Source: Thermoplasmata archaeon
GTDB taxonomy: Archaea; Thermoplasmatota; E2; JACPAO01; JAHFTW01
Direction: 5' to 3'
NCBI GenBank assembly: GCA_034667725.1
Contig: JAXDQS010000002.1
Coordinates: forward strand, 32,001 to 96,000
Length of the DNA: 64,000 nucleotides
Under the pieces are notes generated by a model. That model worked only from the letters and a program-made list of their open reading frames with translations. It was not told where the DNA came from and made no database searches. Of the stretch, positions 9,002-18,680 are shown piece after piece. How positions within the stretch are numbered: position 1 is the stretch's first letter; each line of letters begins with the position of its first letter. A program made the translations under genes and the position numbers.

Positions 9002-9026
9002 TTGTTTGCCGAGGTCGGGAGAACCC

Positions 9027-9452
9027 TCACACGAGCTGGTACAACCGTCTCGCGAACGCCGACTCCAGCACCAGCAGGTCCGGCGGCGGCCGTCCCAGCG
9101 CCGCTTCCGACAAGGCGGCCGCGACCAGCTTGGTGCCGTCGGGCCGCCGGAACACGCGGATCGTCAGGTCCAGCTCCTTCTCGCTGCCGTCCTTGCGCTG
9201 GGCGGGGACGCGGACGGTGTGGCCCATGAGCCGCGACTCGCCGGTCTTCGAGTACCGGCCGAACCCTTCCGAATGGCGGGCCTGCAGCCGTCCTGGGATG
9301 ATGGAAAGCAGCGGCTGGCCCATCAGTTCCGGCCCCCATCCGAGCAGGCGTTGGGCCGTGGTGCTGGCGAACGTGATGCGGCCGTGGTCGTCCACGGCCA
9401 CGATCGCCCCGGAGAGGCCGCGCAGGATGTCCAGCTCGGCGTCGTCGCTCAC
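9027..9452 (-). CDS. stand-alone PAS domain protein
   Basis: AIVAVDDHGRITF…LLGW…ELMGQ…IIP…H…RKDG. Confidence 0.85.
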   Translation of the reverse strand: MSDDAELDILRGLSGAIVAVDDHGRITFASTTAQRLLGWGPELMGQPLLSIIPGRLQARHSEGFGRYSKTGESRLMGHTVRVPAQRKDGSEKELDLTIRVFRRPDGTKLVAAALSEAALGRPPPDLLVLESAFARRLYQLV

Positions 9453-9520
9453 GCGTCCTGCACGAGCCGGGCGCTACATGAAGGGTCGGAGTCTGGGCCG
9501 ATGGACGTTTTTGTCCATTC

Positions 9521-9985
9521 CTATGGGTGCAGCATGGCGACGAACCGCCACGCCGAGCCTTCGACGTTCATGCGGGCGACGGCGCCTTTCGGGAACGCGA
9601 ACTCTTCGGGCGCGTCGGCGCTCTCCAGCACGCGCTCCTCGATGCCCGGGTTGTGGCCCGCGATCAGGATCCGCTCGCCCGGGTGGTCGAGCACGACGGC
9701 GGCGTAGGCGCGGGCGTCGGCCTGGTAGAGGCGGGGGTCGCGGTGGATGTCGCGCTCGGGCAGGTGCCAGGCCCGGGCGGCGAGGCGGGCGGTCTCGAGG
9801 GCGCGGGCGGCGGGACTGGAGACGACGCGGGTCGGCCGGAGGCCTTCGGCGACCAGGCGCAGCCCGACGCGCTCGGCGTCGTGGCGGCCCTCCGCCGTCA
9901 GGGTGCGCTCGAAGTCCGGCGTGGCGCCTCCTGGCACCGCCTCGGCGTGCCGCAGCAGCAGGACCTCACGCACGCCCCTCGGCAA
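9521..9985 (-). CDS. sixA: SixA-like phosphohistidine phosphatase
   Basis: LLRHAEA, DFERTLT, SSPAARALET, GHNPG motifs. Confidence 0.85.
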   Translation of the reverse strand: MPRGVREVLLLRHAEAVPGGATPDFERTLTAEGRHDAERVGLRLVAEGLRPTRVVSSPAARALETARLAARAWHLPERDIHRDPRLYQADARAYAAVVLDHPGERILIAGHNPGIEERVLESADAPEEFAFPKGAVARMNVEGSAWRFVAMLHP

Positions 9986-10027
9986 GGCGTCGGCATGGAC
10001 GGCGTTTGTGGCGTCGGCAAGCGGCCG

Positions 10028-10504
10028 CTACGGCGCCGCGCACACCTTGGCGAAGCGCAGCACCCGTTCGCCGAGCAGGTAGCCGGGCTGGACGACGCGC
10101 GACACGTGGCCGGGCGGCACGCCGTGGGCCGGCTCCTGCGCCAGCACCTCGTGGCGGGCGGGGTCCACCTTCTCGCCGACCGTCCCGAGGCGCACCAGGC
10201 CCTCGCGTTCGGCGAGGCGGTCGAACTCGCGGGCCAGCATCACGACGCCCTCCGACACCGGGCCCGGGTGGGCCTCGGCCTGGTGGGCGGCCATGTGCGC
10301 CAGCTCCAAAAGCGGCAGGAAGGACTCCAGGACGCGGGCCTTGTTGCGCTCGCGCTCCAGCTGCGCGTCGCGGTGGACGCGGCGTTGCAGGTTGTCGTAG
10401 TCGGCCCGGCAGCGGGCCAGGCGGTCGCGCAGGTCCGCCACCTCCGGCGCCATCTCCGGCGCCGCATCTGCCGCCTCTGCCGCCTCCTCCCCCTGCTCCT
10501 CCAT
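10028..10504 (-). CDS. grpE: nucleotide exchange factor GrpE
   Basis: ADYDNLQRR, DPARHE, QPGYLLGERVLRFAKV; real ATG lies inside the longer ORF. Confidence 0.9.
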   Translation of the reverse strand: MEEQGEEAAEAADAAPEMAPEVADLRDRLARCRADYDNLQRRVHRDAQLERERNKARVLESFLPLLELAHMAAHQAEAHPGPVSEGVVMLAREFDRLAEREGLVRLGTVGEKVDPARHEVLAQEPAHGVPPGHVSRVVQPGYLLGERVLRFAKVCAAP

Positions 10505-10582
10505 GGCAGCCGGCAGCGGGGCCTGCGAAAAAGCCTGATGGGAAAGCGCGGGGCCCAAATAGCGGGGCGGGGGTCGGCGCGC

Positions 10583-11299
10583 ATGCGCCTGGCCGCTGTC
10601 CTGCTCGTGGCCTGGAGCCTCCTTCCGCTCGCGTGGGCGTTGCCGGCGGCCGGCGACTGCCACCTGCCGCCCGCCGGCCACTGCGACGGCGTCGGCCAGC
10701 CGCGGATGCCGTCCTGCACCAACACCATGGCGCCGCCGGCGTCGTGCACCACCTCCACGGACAACAAGGACGACGAGGTGCGCATCGCGCTGCCCGACCT
10801 GGACGTGGAAGGCATGGCGACCCCGCGCGGGCTGCCGGCGCACCCGTCCGCCTACGAGACCGGCACCCTGGTGGACCTGACCCTCACGTTCGACTGGAGC
10901 GGCGAGGCGGCGGCCGACGTTGAGGTCTACTTCGCGGCCCGCCCCGGCCTCGACTGGGTCTCGGCGGGCGGCGCCACCGTCGGCTCGCCCCGGTTCTTCC
11001 GCTACACCCTCAACCTGACCCCGGACGAGCCCGCCACCGTGGCCTGGACGGCGCGGATCTGGGACAACGCCACCGGCCCCGCCCTGCTGGACTTGGCGGT
11101 GGCCTACCACGACGCGCGCGGCGTCGAGCAGCACGGCGAGGCGACCGTCCTGCTGGAGGTCGTCGACCGGCTGCCCGGGCCGCCGGCGGTGCCGTTCTGG
11201 CAGGACCCGGCCTTCATCCTGATGCTCGGCATGGTGATCGGGCTGTCCGTGGGCTACGTCCTGTTCGGCAAGCCGCGGCAGGGTCCGAAGCGGTCTTGA
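10583..11299 (+). CDS. secreted, C-terminally membrane-anchored protein
   Basis: Signal peptide [19 protein letters not shown]; Ig-like middle region; C-terminal TM followed by basic residues. Confidence 0.7.
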   Translation: MRLAAVLLVAWSLLPLAWALPAAGDCHLPPAGHCDGVGQPRMPSCTNTMAPPASCTTSTDNKDDEVRIALPDLDVEGMATPRGLPAHPSAYETGTLVDLTLTFDWSGEAAADVEVYFAARPGLDWVSAGGATVGSPRFFRYTLNLTPDEPATVAWTARIWDNATGPALLDLAVAYHDARGVEQHGEATVLLEVVDRLPGPPAVPFWQDPAFILMLGMVIGLSVGYVLFGKPRQGPKRS

Positions 11300-11321
11300 T
11301 TGGGTCGCCGATCGCCTCGCC

Positions 11322-11759
11322 ATGCGCATCCTGGGGGAGTTCCGCGAGTTCGCGGTCAAGGGCAGCGTCATGGACCTCGCGGTGGGCGTCATCATCGGCG
11401 CGGCGTTCGGCAAGATCGTGGCCAGCCTGGTCGCGGACCTCCTGATGCCGCCCATCTCGATGCTGCTGGGCGGCATCGACTTCAGCAACCGGTTCTGGGT
11501 GCTGCGCGGCGGCTCGTACCCGACCCTGGAGGAGGCGCAGGCGGCGGGCGCGGTGACGCTGAACTATGGGCGGTTCGTGAACGCGGTGCTGGAGTTCCTC
11601 ATCGTCGCGTTCGCGGTGTTCCTGCTGGTGCGCCAGCTCAACCGGATGCGCCGCAAGGGCGCCCCGCCGGCCCCCGACACGCGGCCGTGCCCGGAGTGCC
11701 TGTCCACGATCCCCAAGCGGGCGACCCGCTGCGCCCATTGCGCGGTGGCCGTCACCTGA
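11322..11759 (+). CDS. mscL: large-conductance mechanosensitive channel with C-terminal Zn ribbon
   Basis: [28 protein letters not shown]; CPEC…CAHC tail. Confidence 0.95.
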   Translation: MRILGEFREFAVKGSVMDLAVGVIIGAAFGKIVASLVADLLMPPISMLLGGIDFSNRFWVLRGGSYPTLEEAQAAGAVTLNYGRFVNAVLEFLIVAFAVFLLVRQLNRMRRKGAPPAPDTRPCPECLSTIPKRATRCAHCAVAVT

Positions 11760-12105
11760 GCTTGTCGAGGAAGAACACGACCTCGACGTAGGCGCCGGCC
11801 GAGACCAGGAAGGTCTCCGGCTCGCCCTCGTAGCCGTCCTTGTAGGCGACGGCGGTGAAGTTGCCGGGCTCCAGGCCGCGGAACACCACCTTGCCTTGGC
11901 TGTCGGTGGTGGCCACGAGGTTGGCGGCCTTGACCATGATGGTGACGCCCTCGATCGGGGCCTGGTCGCCGTTGCCTTGCACGACGTTCACGAGGACGCC
12001 GCCGGTGCCGCTCGGCAGCGGGACGTTGCCTGGGTCTCGGTCCTCAGAGGAGGCGCATCCGGCCAGCGCGGCCAGGACGAGGAGGGCTGCCACCAGGAGC
12101 CGCAT
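11752..12105 (-). CDS. small lipoprotein, carboxypeptidase-regulatory-like (CarboxypepD_reg) domain
   Basis: LAGC lipobox; PIEGVTI…TDSQG…GLEPGNF…GYE. Confidence 0.8.
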   Translation of the reverse strand: MRLLVAALLVLAALAGCASSEDRDPGNVPLPSGTGGVLVNVVQGNGDQAPIEGVTIMVKAANLVATTDSQGKVVFRGLEPGNFTAVAYKDGYEGEPETFLVSAGAYVEVVFFLDKLR

Positions 12106-12158
12106 AGGACGGCAGAGAAAACGGGGGTCTTGGCCTTGATGGGCGGCTTGCGGAAACC

Positions 12159-13121
12159 TCAGGCCAGCACGCCGTAGCTCTCGATGTCAAGCTGGGGCTC
12201 GCCGATGAACAGCGTCAGCACGATGTTGCCTTCGACGGCGAAGCGGTGGCCGGCGCCGTAGAACTCGCGGCACAGCGCGGGCTTGCCGTTGAGCGGGTTC
12301 GTCGGCTGGACGGGCGAGGCGCAGCCCACGGGCTGGAGGACGTCCGTGGTCTCGTGGCGGCCGGTGCCGTAGAAGAACACCAGCACCTCCATCGGGTCCT
12401 CGACGGTGTAGTTGATGGAGTCGGGCGTCATCTGGTGGTTGGTGCCGTTGCGGATGATGGCCTTGGCGTAGGCGGCGCCGTTGGTGTCGGAGCGGACGTA
12501 CTCGCCGCAGCCGAAGGAGGAGCCGTCGTCGCAGCGCATCACCAGCACGTAGTCGTCGGGCTGGTTGACGGTCATCTCGGCCACGACGAAGGTGAGGTTG
12601 GCGCCGTAGCCGGAGAAGTCAAGCCCTTCCAGGCCGGGGCGGTAGGAGTCGCCGGACTCGTCGAGGAAGCAGTAGCCGTGGATGGTCGAGACCAGGACGG
12701 CGGACTCGGCGCACGGCTGGAAGAACGAGTACTGCAAGGTCACGATGCGGCCGTCGTCGGAGAACACGCGGCGGGCCTGCACCTCGACCTCGCTGTATTC
12801 CCCCTCCTTGACGTCCACCGGCGCCGGGCTGGCCTCGTGGGCCTTGGCCTGGACCTGCAGCTCGTAGGGGCCCGGCTCAAGGTCGGTGAACCCGAACTGG
12901 CCGGACTGGTCGGCCGTGGCCAGGAGGCCGAGCGGGAACAGCACGACCTGGGCGCCCGGGATGGGCCGGTACACGTCGTCGATCACGATGCCTGTCACGG
13001 CGCCCTTGCCGGCCTCCAGGACCGGCTGGGACGTGCCCGTCTCCACGGTGGCGGCCGGGCTGGAGCAGCCGGCCAGCAGCAGCACGGCAAGCGCGCAAGC
13101 GGCAAGGAAGGAACGGGGCAT
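12159..13121 (-). CDS. array lipoprotein paralog 1 (CarboxypepD_reg-like domain plus novel C-domain)
   Basis: LAGC lipobox; GKGAVTGIVIDDVYRPI; conserved C-terminus LFIGEPQLD. Confidence 0.85.
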   Translation of the reverse strand: MPRSFLAACALAVLLLAGCSSPAATVETGTSQPVLEAGKGAVTGIVIDDVYRPIPGAQVVLFPLGLLATADQSGQFGFTDLEPGPYELQVQAKAHEASPAPVDVKEGEYSEVEVQARRVFSDDGRIVTLQYSFFQPCAESAVLVSTIHGYCFLDESGDSYRPGLEGLDFSGYGANLTFVVAEMTVNQPDDYVLVMRCDDGSSFGCGEYVRSDTNGAAYAKAIIRNGTNHQMTPDSINYTVEDPMEVLVFFYGTGRHETTDVLQPVGCASPVQPTNPLNGKPALCREFYGAGHRFAVEGNIVLTLFIGEPQLDIESYGVLA

Positions 13122-13151
13122 GGCGAACCCGCCCATCCCCTCCTGGGGACT

Positions 13152-14018
13152 TCAGGCTTGCCCCTTCGGCCGCAGCACCGCATGGGCGACGGGGTCCACT
13201 TCCGGCGGGCCCAGGAACACGGTGTTGAGGAAGGTGCCCTTGACCGCGAAGCGAGCGCCGGCGCCCCACGAGAAGCCGGCCTCCTTGGTGGTGGCGCTGC
13301 CGGCGCCGACGTAGAACAGGGTCGCGCCGAGCACGCAGTCGTTCTGCCACTCGATGGTGCCGTTGCGGCTGCCGCCGACCTCCAGCACCAGGCGGGTGTA
13401 CACGCCCTCGAAGGTGTGGTCGGCGAGGCCGCCGTCGCAGCCCCAGGTGACCAGGTAGCCGTCCGGCTGGCTGGCCAGGAACTCGGAGACGACGAACGTG
13501 GTGTCGTTGTAGGCGGTGTAGTCGGAGGAGAAGCCCCAGTCGTAGCTGTCGTCGCCGTCCAGGACGCACTTCATGATGACTGCGACCAGGACCGCGGACG
13601 CCGCGCACGGCACGAACACCGAATACTGCTCGGTCACCGTGTCGGAGACGTCGCTGAAGGTGCGGCGCGCCTCGACCTCGGCCTCGGTGTAGACGCCCTC
13701 CTCGACGTCCACCGGCGCCGGCGCCGCCTCATGGCCCTCGGCCTGGACGTGCAGCTCGTAGGCGCCGGGCTCCAGGTCGAAGAACGCGAACTGGCCGGAG
13801 GCATCGCTGGCGGCCTGCAGGCCGACCGGGAACAGGACGACCTCGGCGCCGCCGATGGGACGGTAGCGGTCGTCCACCAGCAGGCCGGCGATGGCGCCGC
13901 GGCCCGCCTGGATGGGCGGCAGCTCCGCGGCCGGGCCGGCGACAGGCTGCGCCTCGGGCCCGGCGCAGCCGGCCAAGGGCAGCAGCAAGAGGAAAGCGGC
14001 GAAGACGGCGGCGCGCAT
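13152..14018 (-). CDS. array lipoprotein paralog 2
   Basis: MRAAVFAAFLLLLPLAGC; GRGAIAGLLVDDRYRPI. Confidence 0.85.
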   Translation of the reverse strand: MRAAVFAAFLLLLPLAGCAGPEAQPVAGPAAELPPIQAGRGAIAGLLVDDRYRPIGGAEVVLFPVGLQAASDASGQFAFFDLEPGAYELHVQAEGHEAAPAPVDVEEGVYTEAEVEARRTFSDVSDTVTEQYSVFVPCAASAVLVAVIMKCVLDGDDSYDWGFSSDYTAYNDTTFVVSEFLASQPDGYLVTWGCDGGLADHTFEGVYTRLVLEVGGSRNGTIEWQNDCVLGATLFYVGAGSATTKEAGFSWGAGARFAVKGTFLNTVFLGPPEVDPVAHAVLRPKGQA

Positions 14019-14020
14019 GC

Positions 14021-14992
14021 TCACACGCTCGGGCCAAGGGTGTGGTAGCCGGCGAGGTCCACTTCGGGCGGGCCGACGAACAGGCTCTGGATGAAGGTCG
14101 CCTTGATGCCGAAGGTGGCGCCGACGCCGCGCCAGTTGCAGGTGCGCGCGGGCGAGCCGACGGCGCGGTTCAGGTCGTCCACGTCCTTGTTGCAGGTCGT
14201 GCCCGACAGCTCGTTCAACGCCTCGCGCTGCTCGCCGCTCATGAAGACCAGGATGTCGAACGGCGCGGTGTTGTTCCAGGGGACGTTGTTGTCCTGCTCG
14301 TTGTGCTCCTCGTTCTTGACGCCGTGCTGGTTCGTCATCTTGAGGTAGTCCGTGTCGCGCATGAAGCCCACGGCGTAGCGCTCGCCGCCCGAGGAGCTGC
14401 CGTCGCTGGCGCGCACCTGGAGGTCGTAGTCGCCCACCTGGTTCATCTTGGCCTCGTGCACCATGTAGGTCAGGTTCGCGCCCATCTTCGTGACGTCGGT
14501 GGTGAAGCCGGGGCGCCACGAGTCGCCGGAGGAGTCGGCCAGGCAGCCCACGATGATGCCGTTCACGACGTAGTCGGCCGCGCACGGGATGAACACCGAA
14601 TACTGGGTGGTGATGATGCGGCCGTTCTCGGAGAACACGCGCCGGGCCTCCAGCTCGACCTCCGTGTACTCGCCCTCGACGACGTCCACCGGCAGCGGCG
14701 CCGCCTCGTGGTTGGCGGCCTGGACGACGGCCTCGTAGGCCCCGGGCTCCAGGTCGAAGAACGCAAACTGGCCAAGGCTGTCGCTCGTGGCCTGCAGGCC
14801 AAGCGGGAACAGCGACACGACGGCGCCCGGGATGGGCCGGTAGCGGTCGTCGATCACCAGGCCCGAGATGGCGCCCTTGCCGGCCGCGATCGGGGCGTCC
14901 GGCGTCGGAAGGGACGGGTCGGAATCCGTGCCGCCGGAGCAGCCGGCAAGCCCGGCCGCGGCGAGCACGGCCACCAGGAGGATCGCGCGCAT
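14021..14992 (-). CDS. array lipoprotein paralog 3
   Basis: LAGC lipobox; GKGAISGLVIDDRYRPI. Confidence 0.85.
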   Translation of the reverse strand: MRAILLVAVLAAAGLAGCSGGTDSDPSLPTPDAPIAAGKGAISGLVIDDRYRPIPGAVVSLFPLGLQATSDSLGQFAFFDLEPGAYEAVVQAANHEAAPLPVDVVEGEYTEVELEARRVFSENGRIITTQYSVFIPCAADYVVNGIIVGCLADSSGDSWRPGFTTDVTKMGANLTYMVHEAKMNQVGDYDLQVRASDGSSSGGERYAVGFMRDTDYLKMTNQHGVKNEEHNEQDNNVPWNNTAPFDILVFMSGEQREALNELSGTTCNKDVDDLNRAVGSPARTCNWRGVGATFGIKATFIQSLFVGPPEVDLAGYHTLGPSV

Positions 14993-15047
14993 GGGTTGGC
15001 GAGCCTTTCCACGGTTCTTGGGCCTTGTGGTGGCGGTTCCGAATCGC

Positions 15048-15989
15048 CTACTCCTTCGGCTTCATGGTGAAATAGCCGTCGAGGTCGACCTCGGGCTCGC
15101 CGATGAAGATGGACTGCACGAAGCGGGCCTCCAGGCCGAAGGCGGCGCCGGCGCCGGTCGCGGTGCGGCAGGTCTGGGGCAGGTCGGGCTGGCACACCAG
15201 GTCGTAGGCGTCCTGCGCCTCCTGCGCGTAGTCGCCCTCGAAGAACAGCGCCGTGGCGAACGGCTTCTCCCCCGTCCAGTTGACGTTGTTGCGCTGCGTG
15301 TTGTGCTCCGTGTTGGTCTCGTTGCGGTGGTTGGTCATCTTGATGTAGACGCCATCGGTGATGCGGCCGACCGCGTAACGCTCGCCGCCGGAAGGGCTGC
15401 CGTTGTCCTCGCGCACCTGCACCGAATAGGTCCCCGCCTGGTTGGCCAGCATCTCCGTGACCAAATAAGTGAAGCCCAAGGTCGCGTTCAACTGGGTGGT
15501 GAAGCTGGAGCGGTACGTGTCCCCCGACAGGTCCAGCAGGCAGTTGGCGGTGACGCCGTTGGCGACGAAGCCCGCCGCGCACGGAATGAACACCGAATAC
15601 TCGTTGGTGATGATCTGGCCGCTCTTGCTGAAGACCCGGCGGGCCTCGACCTCGACCTCCGAGAACTCCCCGTCGGCCACGTCCACGGGCGTCGGCGCGC
15701 CCTCGTGCCCTTCCGCCTGCACCCGCAGCTCATAGGCGCCCGGCTCCAGGTCGAGGAACGTGAACTGGCCCAGCGCGTCCGCCACCGTCTCCAAGCCCAA
15801 CGGGAACAGGATGACCTGGGCCGCAGGGATGGGCCGGTAACGGTCGTCGATGACGAGGCCCGCCACCCCGCCCTTGCCGGAGGCAAGGTCGCGCGGCTGG
15901 TCGGGGCCGGCGGTCGGGTCGAGGGCGGTCTCGCCGGAGCAGCCCGCAAGCAGCAGGGCGGCGACGGCCAAAAGGGGAAGGACGCGCAT
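15048..15989 (-). CDS. array lipoprotein paralog 4
   Basis: MRVLPLLAVAALLLAGC; GKGGVAGLVIDDRYRPI. Confidence 0.85.
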   Translation of the reverse strand: MRVLPLLAVAALLLAGCSGETALDPTAGPDQPRDLASGKGGVAGLVIDDRYRPIPAAQVILFPLGLETVADALGQFTFLDLEPGAYELRVQAEGHEGAPTPVDVADGEFSEVEVEARRVFSKSGQIITNEYSVFIPCAAGFVANGVTANCLLDLSGDTYRSSFTTQLNATLGFTYLVTEMLANQAGTYSVQVREDNGSPSGGERYAVGRITDGVYIKMTNHRNETNTEHNTQRNNVNWTGEKPFATALFFEGDYAQEAQDAYDLVCQPDLPQTCRTATGAGAAFGLEARFVQSIFIGEPEVDLDGYFTMKPKE

Positions 15990-16069
15990 GGACGCGCAGC
16001 AGAGGACGGGGTCTTGAGGCTTGTTCCGCGGGGCTGCGCTGACGGATGCAGCGTAGGAATGGTCGCCCC

Positions 16070-16921
16070 TCACGACCGCGGCACGAACTCGACTTTGAGG
16101 TCCGTTGCGTACTTGGCGCGGTCCGGAGGCTGCATCCCGAAGGCCTGGAAGTCGGCGCCGTCCCAAATGACCGTTGGAATGGTCCAGTTGGCGCCGCAGC
16201 AGACGGTGGAGACGCGAACGGTCAACTCCGGCGGGAAGGGGGCATCAGGATAGCCTTCCATGGTGTCCCATTGGCCGTTCACGCTTTCGACGTAGGCATA
16301 TCGGGATCCGTCCGGCCGCAGCAGCTCGATGGAGCCTTGGAACGGCGGCTCCAGGATGCAGCAGTAGCCACCCAAATAGTTCAAAGGAACCCGCCAAATG
16401 CTCTGGAACCCACCGGCATAAGGTTCCCATCCGAGGACATCGTCGGGCCACGCGAACCGGTAGGTGACATCCACCAAATCGTCGGGGTGGATGTTGCTCT
16501 GGATCAGTTCCTCGACGCCTTCGACGAGCACTCCGGCAGTGGCAGGCATCACTTGCCCGAACACGCACTTCGTCAGCAGAAGATGGACCCCGTCCTGAGG
16601 GAGGTCGACCACCAAAGTGCCCAGTGTTTCCTTGCGGGCTCCACGCCAGTCATGGACGCTGCCGTCCGCCGCATACTGCCGGATTTCCAGTTCGTCGGTC
16701 GCGTCGCAGCCGCCCAAATCGTAGTCGTCCAGGTGGAACGCCAGCTTGCCGGCCCCTTCGGCACGGAAGGCATGCCTCACGAACGCTTCGACCGGCGGCG
16801 GCGTGGAGGAGGTTGATGTGCTGGAGTCCCCGCCCGGGTTCGGCGTGCCGCAGCCAGCTAGCAGCACTAGCCCAACCAGCAGGCTAGACCACGTAGACGA
16901 TGAAGTAGAGCGGGATGTCAT
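16070..16921 (-). CDS. hypothetical lipoprotein (not an array paralog)
   Basis: LLVGLVLLAGC lipobox, Ser/Thr linker; overlaps the end of the upstream gene; lower GC. Confidence 0.7.
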   Translation of the reverse strand: MTSRSTSSSTWSSLLVGLVLLAGCGTPNPGGDSSTSTSSTPPPVEAFVRHAFRAEGAGKLAFHLDDYDLGGCDATDELEIRQYAADGSVHDWRGARKETLGTLVVDLPQDGVHLLLTKCVFGQVMPATAGVLVEGVEELIQSNIHPDDLVDVTYRFAWPDDVLGWEPYAGGFQSIWRVPLNYLGGYCCILEPPFQGSIELLRPDGSRYAYVESVNGQWDTMEGYPDAPFPPELTVRVSTVCCGANWTIPTVIWDGADFQAFGMQPPDRAKYATDLKVEFVPRS

Positions 16922-18647
16922 AGTCTGGGAACGCCTCCTCGTCCTCCGTCATGGTCTGGAACCCAAGCGGCGCCAGCAGGCTGGTGGAGCTTGACCAGGG
17001 CTCAAGGTAATAGCCGCTCAGGTCGAGGTCTTGGCCAAACCGGGCGCGGTCGAGGGCGTTGACGCCCATCGTCATGTAGTAGGCCTCCGGAAGGCTTGCC
17101 TCGGCGCGATAGGCATCGATGGCCGCGACCAGCGCCTCCTTCTCCAGGGGTGAGCCTGCCGTGTAGACCACGGGCTCGCCGCCGCTGGCCGTGCAGATGG
17201 AGAGGCAGAACAGGTCGACCGGGAACGGGTCGAAGTCGATCAGGTAGACTTGGCGCTGCTCGTTCCAGGCATCGCCCACGATTCCCTTCGCGGTGGCATT
17301 GTGCCGGAGCTCGGACGGCAGCGCCGCCAAGCCCGCCGGCACCACGACCGGCCCTTGGGCCGGGCCCAGTTGCCCGGAGGGCATGAACATCGCCTGCACG
17401 CCCTCGTAGTCCACTTGCCAGTCGAACGCCCGACTTGAGGGTGCGAGGCCTGTCTGCCCGAAATCGACCAGGTCATCGACCGTTTCCTCGTTCGGGAACT
17501 CGTAGTCCCAGAAGGAATAGACGTTGTAACTCCATTCGGTGCCTCCACCGGAACCAGCCCGCAATGTGCCAAGGTATGGAATGGCGTGGCGAACAATCTT
17601 GCCGAAATCGCCGTCGGAGGTGCTCCCGCCTTCAAACCGTGCCCGCTTCTCTGGCAATGCTTGCCACACCTTGGAGTTCAAATCCTCCAGCCTTCCAACC
17701 ACGCCAAACGAGTCCGACACCCACGCTCCCGCTCCCGTTGAGAACCCGCCGCCATACGGTCCGTCCTTAGCGAACGGGATGGGGCTGTCGGGGTGGTAGA
17801 ACAGGTACTCGATGACGTCGAAGGTGTCGTGGCCGTCGGGGATGCTGGCCAGCGTGGCCTGGATGGTGGGCACGCCCGTGATGGTGAGGTTGGTCGCCAG
17901 CATGGTCTGCTGGTGGAGGAAAACGTCCTCGTCCTCGTTCGCGGCGTCGACCTGCTCGTAGTGGCTGACGAGGCCGATGAGGGAACCCAAGGCAAGCTCC
18001 AAGGCGATCGGGCAAGCAGAACCGAACGCGCCGCCGCTCGCGACGGTGGGGGCGGCGCACACCATCACGATGAGCAGGCCGTCCCGCAGGTTGTTGAAGA
18101 ACGACATCAGCACGCTGGGGTCGGGGTCGTCTTCGTGGGACACGCCGACGATGCCGGCGTAGAGTTCCCAGCGCAGCTCGCCGATGGGGCTGCCGACGCG
18201 GTAATGGAGCGTCGGGGCTCCGCAGACCTGCTCGCCGTCGTCCTCGTGGCATTCCCTCGTCTTGCAGGTCCCCATCGTGACGGGGTCGACCTGGGCGTTG
18301 CGGACGCCGATGGCGGTCTCGGCGGGGCGGGCGGTGCCGTCCATGTTGGTATAGCAGGCGTACAGGCCGGCGTCGTCGCGGAGCACGGACTGGAACAGGT
18401 AGTACACGCCTTGGGGGGTCCCCCGTTCGTGGTAGAGGTTCTCCTGCTCGGGCTCCAGCAGGTAGGTCAGCTTGTACGTATGGAAATCAGGATCGTAGTA
18501 CAGGGTCGCGGAGCTTTCCAAGCCGGCCGACGTGGTCGTGCGCACGCTGGCCAATGGAACGGCGGCATTGGGCTGCTCCGCCGACCCGGTGGCGGGCAGC
18601 AACGGCAAGAGCAGGACGGCGGCGCAGGCGAAGGGACGCAGGTCCAC
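16884..18647 (-). CDS. large secreted hypothetical protein with an internal hydrophobic hairpin
   Basis: Signal peptide; segment GLLIVMVCAAPTVASGGAFGSACPIALELALGSLIGLV. Confidence 0.7.
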   Translation of the reverse strand: MDLRPFACAAVLLLPLLPATGSAEQPNAAVPLASVRTTTSAGLESSATLYYDPDFHTYKLTYLLEPEQENLYHERGTPQGVYYLFQSVLRDDAGLYACYTNMDGTARPAETAIGVRNAQVDPVTMGTCKTRECHEDDGEQVCGAPTLHYRVGSPIGELRWELYAGIVGVSHEDDPDPSVLMSFFNNLRDGLLIVMVCAAPTVASGGAFGSACPIALELALGSLIGLVSHYEQVDAANEDEDVFLHQQTMLATNLTITGVPTIQATLASIPDGHDTFDVIEYLFYHPDSPIPFAKDGPYGGGFSTGAGAWVSDSFGVVGRLEDLNSKVWQALPEKRARFEGGSTSDGDFGKIVRHAIPYLGTLRAGSGGGTEWSYNVYSFWDYEFPNEETVDDLVDFGQTGLAPSSRAFDWQVDYEGVQAMFMPSGQLGPAQGPVVVPAGLAALPSELRHNATAKGIVGDAWNEQRQVYLIDFDPFPVDLFCLSICTASGGEPVVYTAGSPLEKEALVAAIDAYRAEASLPEAYYMTMGVNALDRARFGQDLDLSGYYLEPWSSSTSLLAPLGFQTMTEDEEAFPDYDIPLYFIVYVV

Positions 18648-18680
18648 GGTTCACACATGTCTGCCGCTATTTCAACAAAA

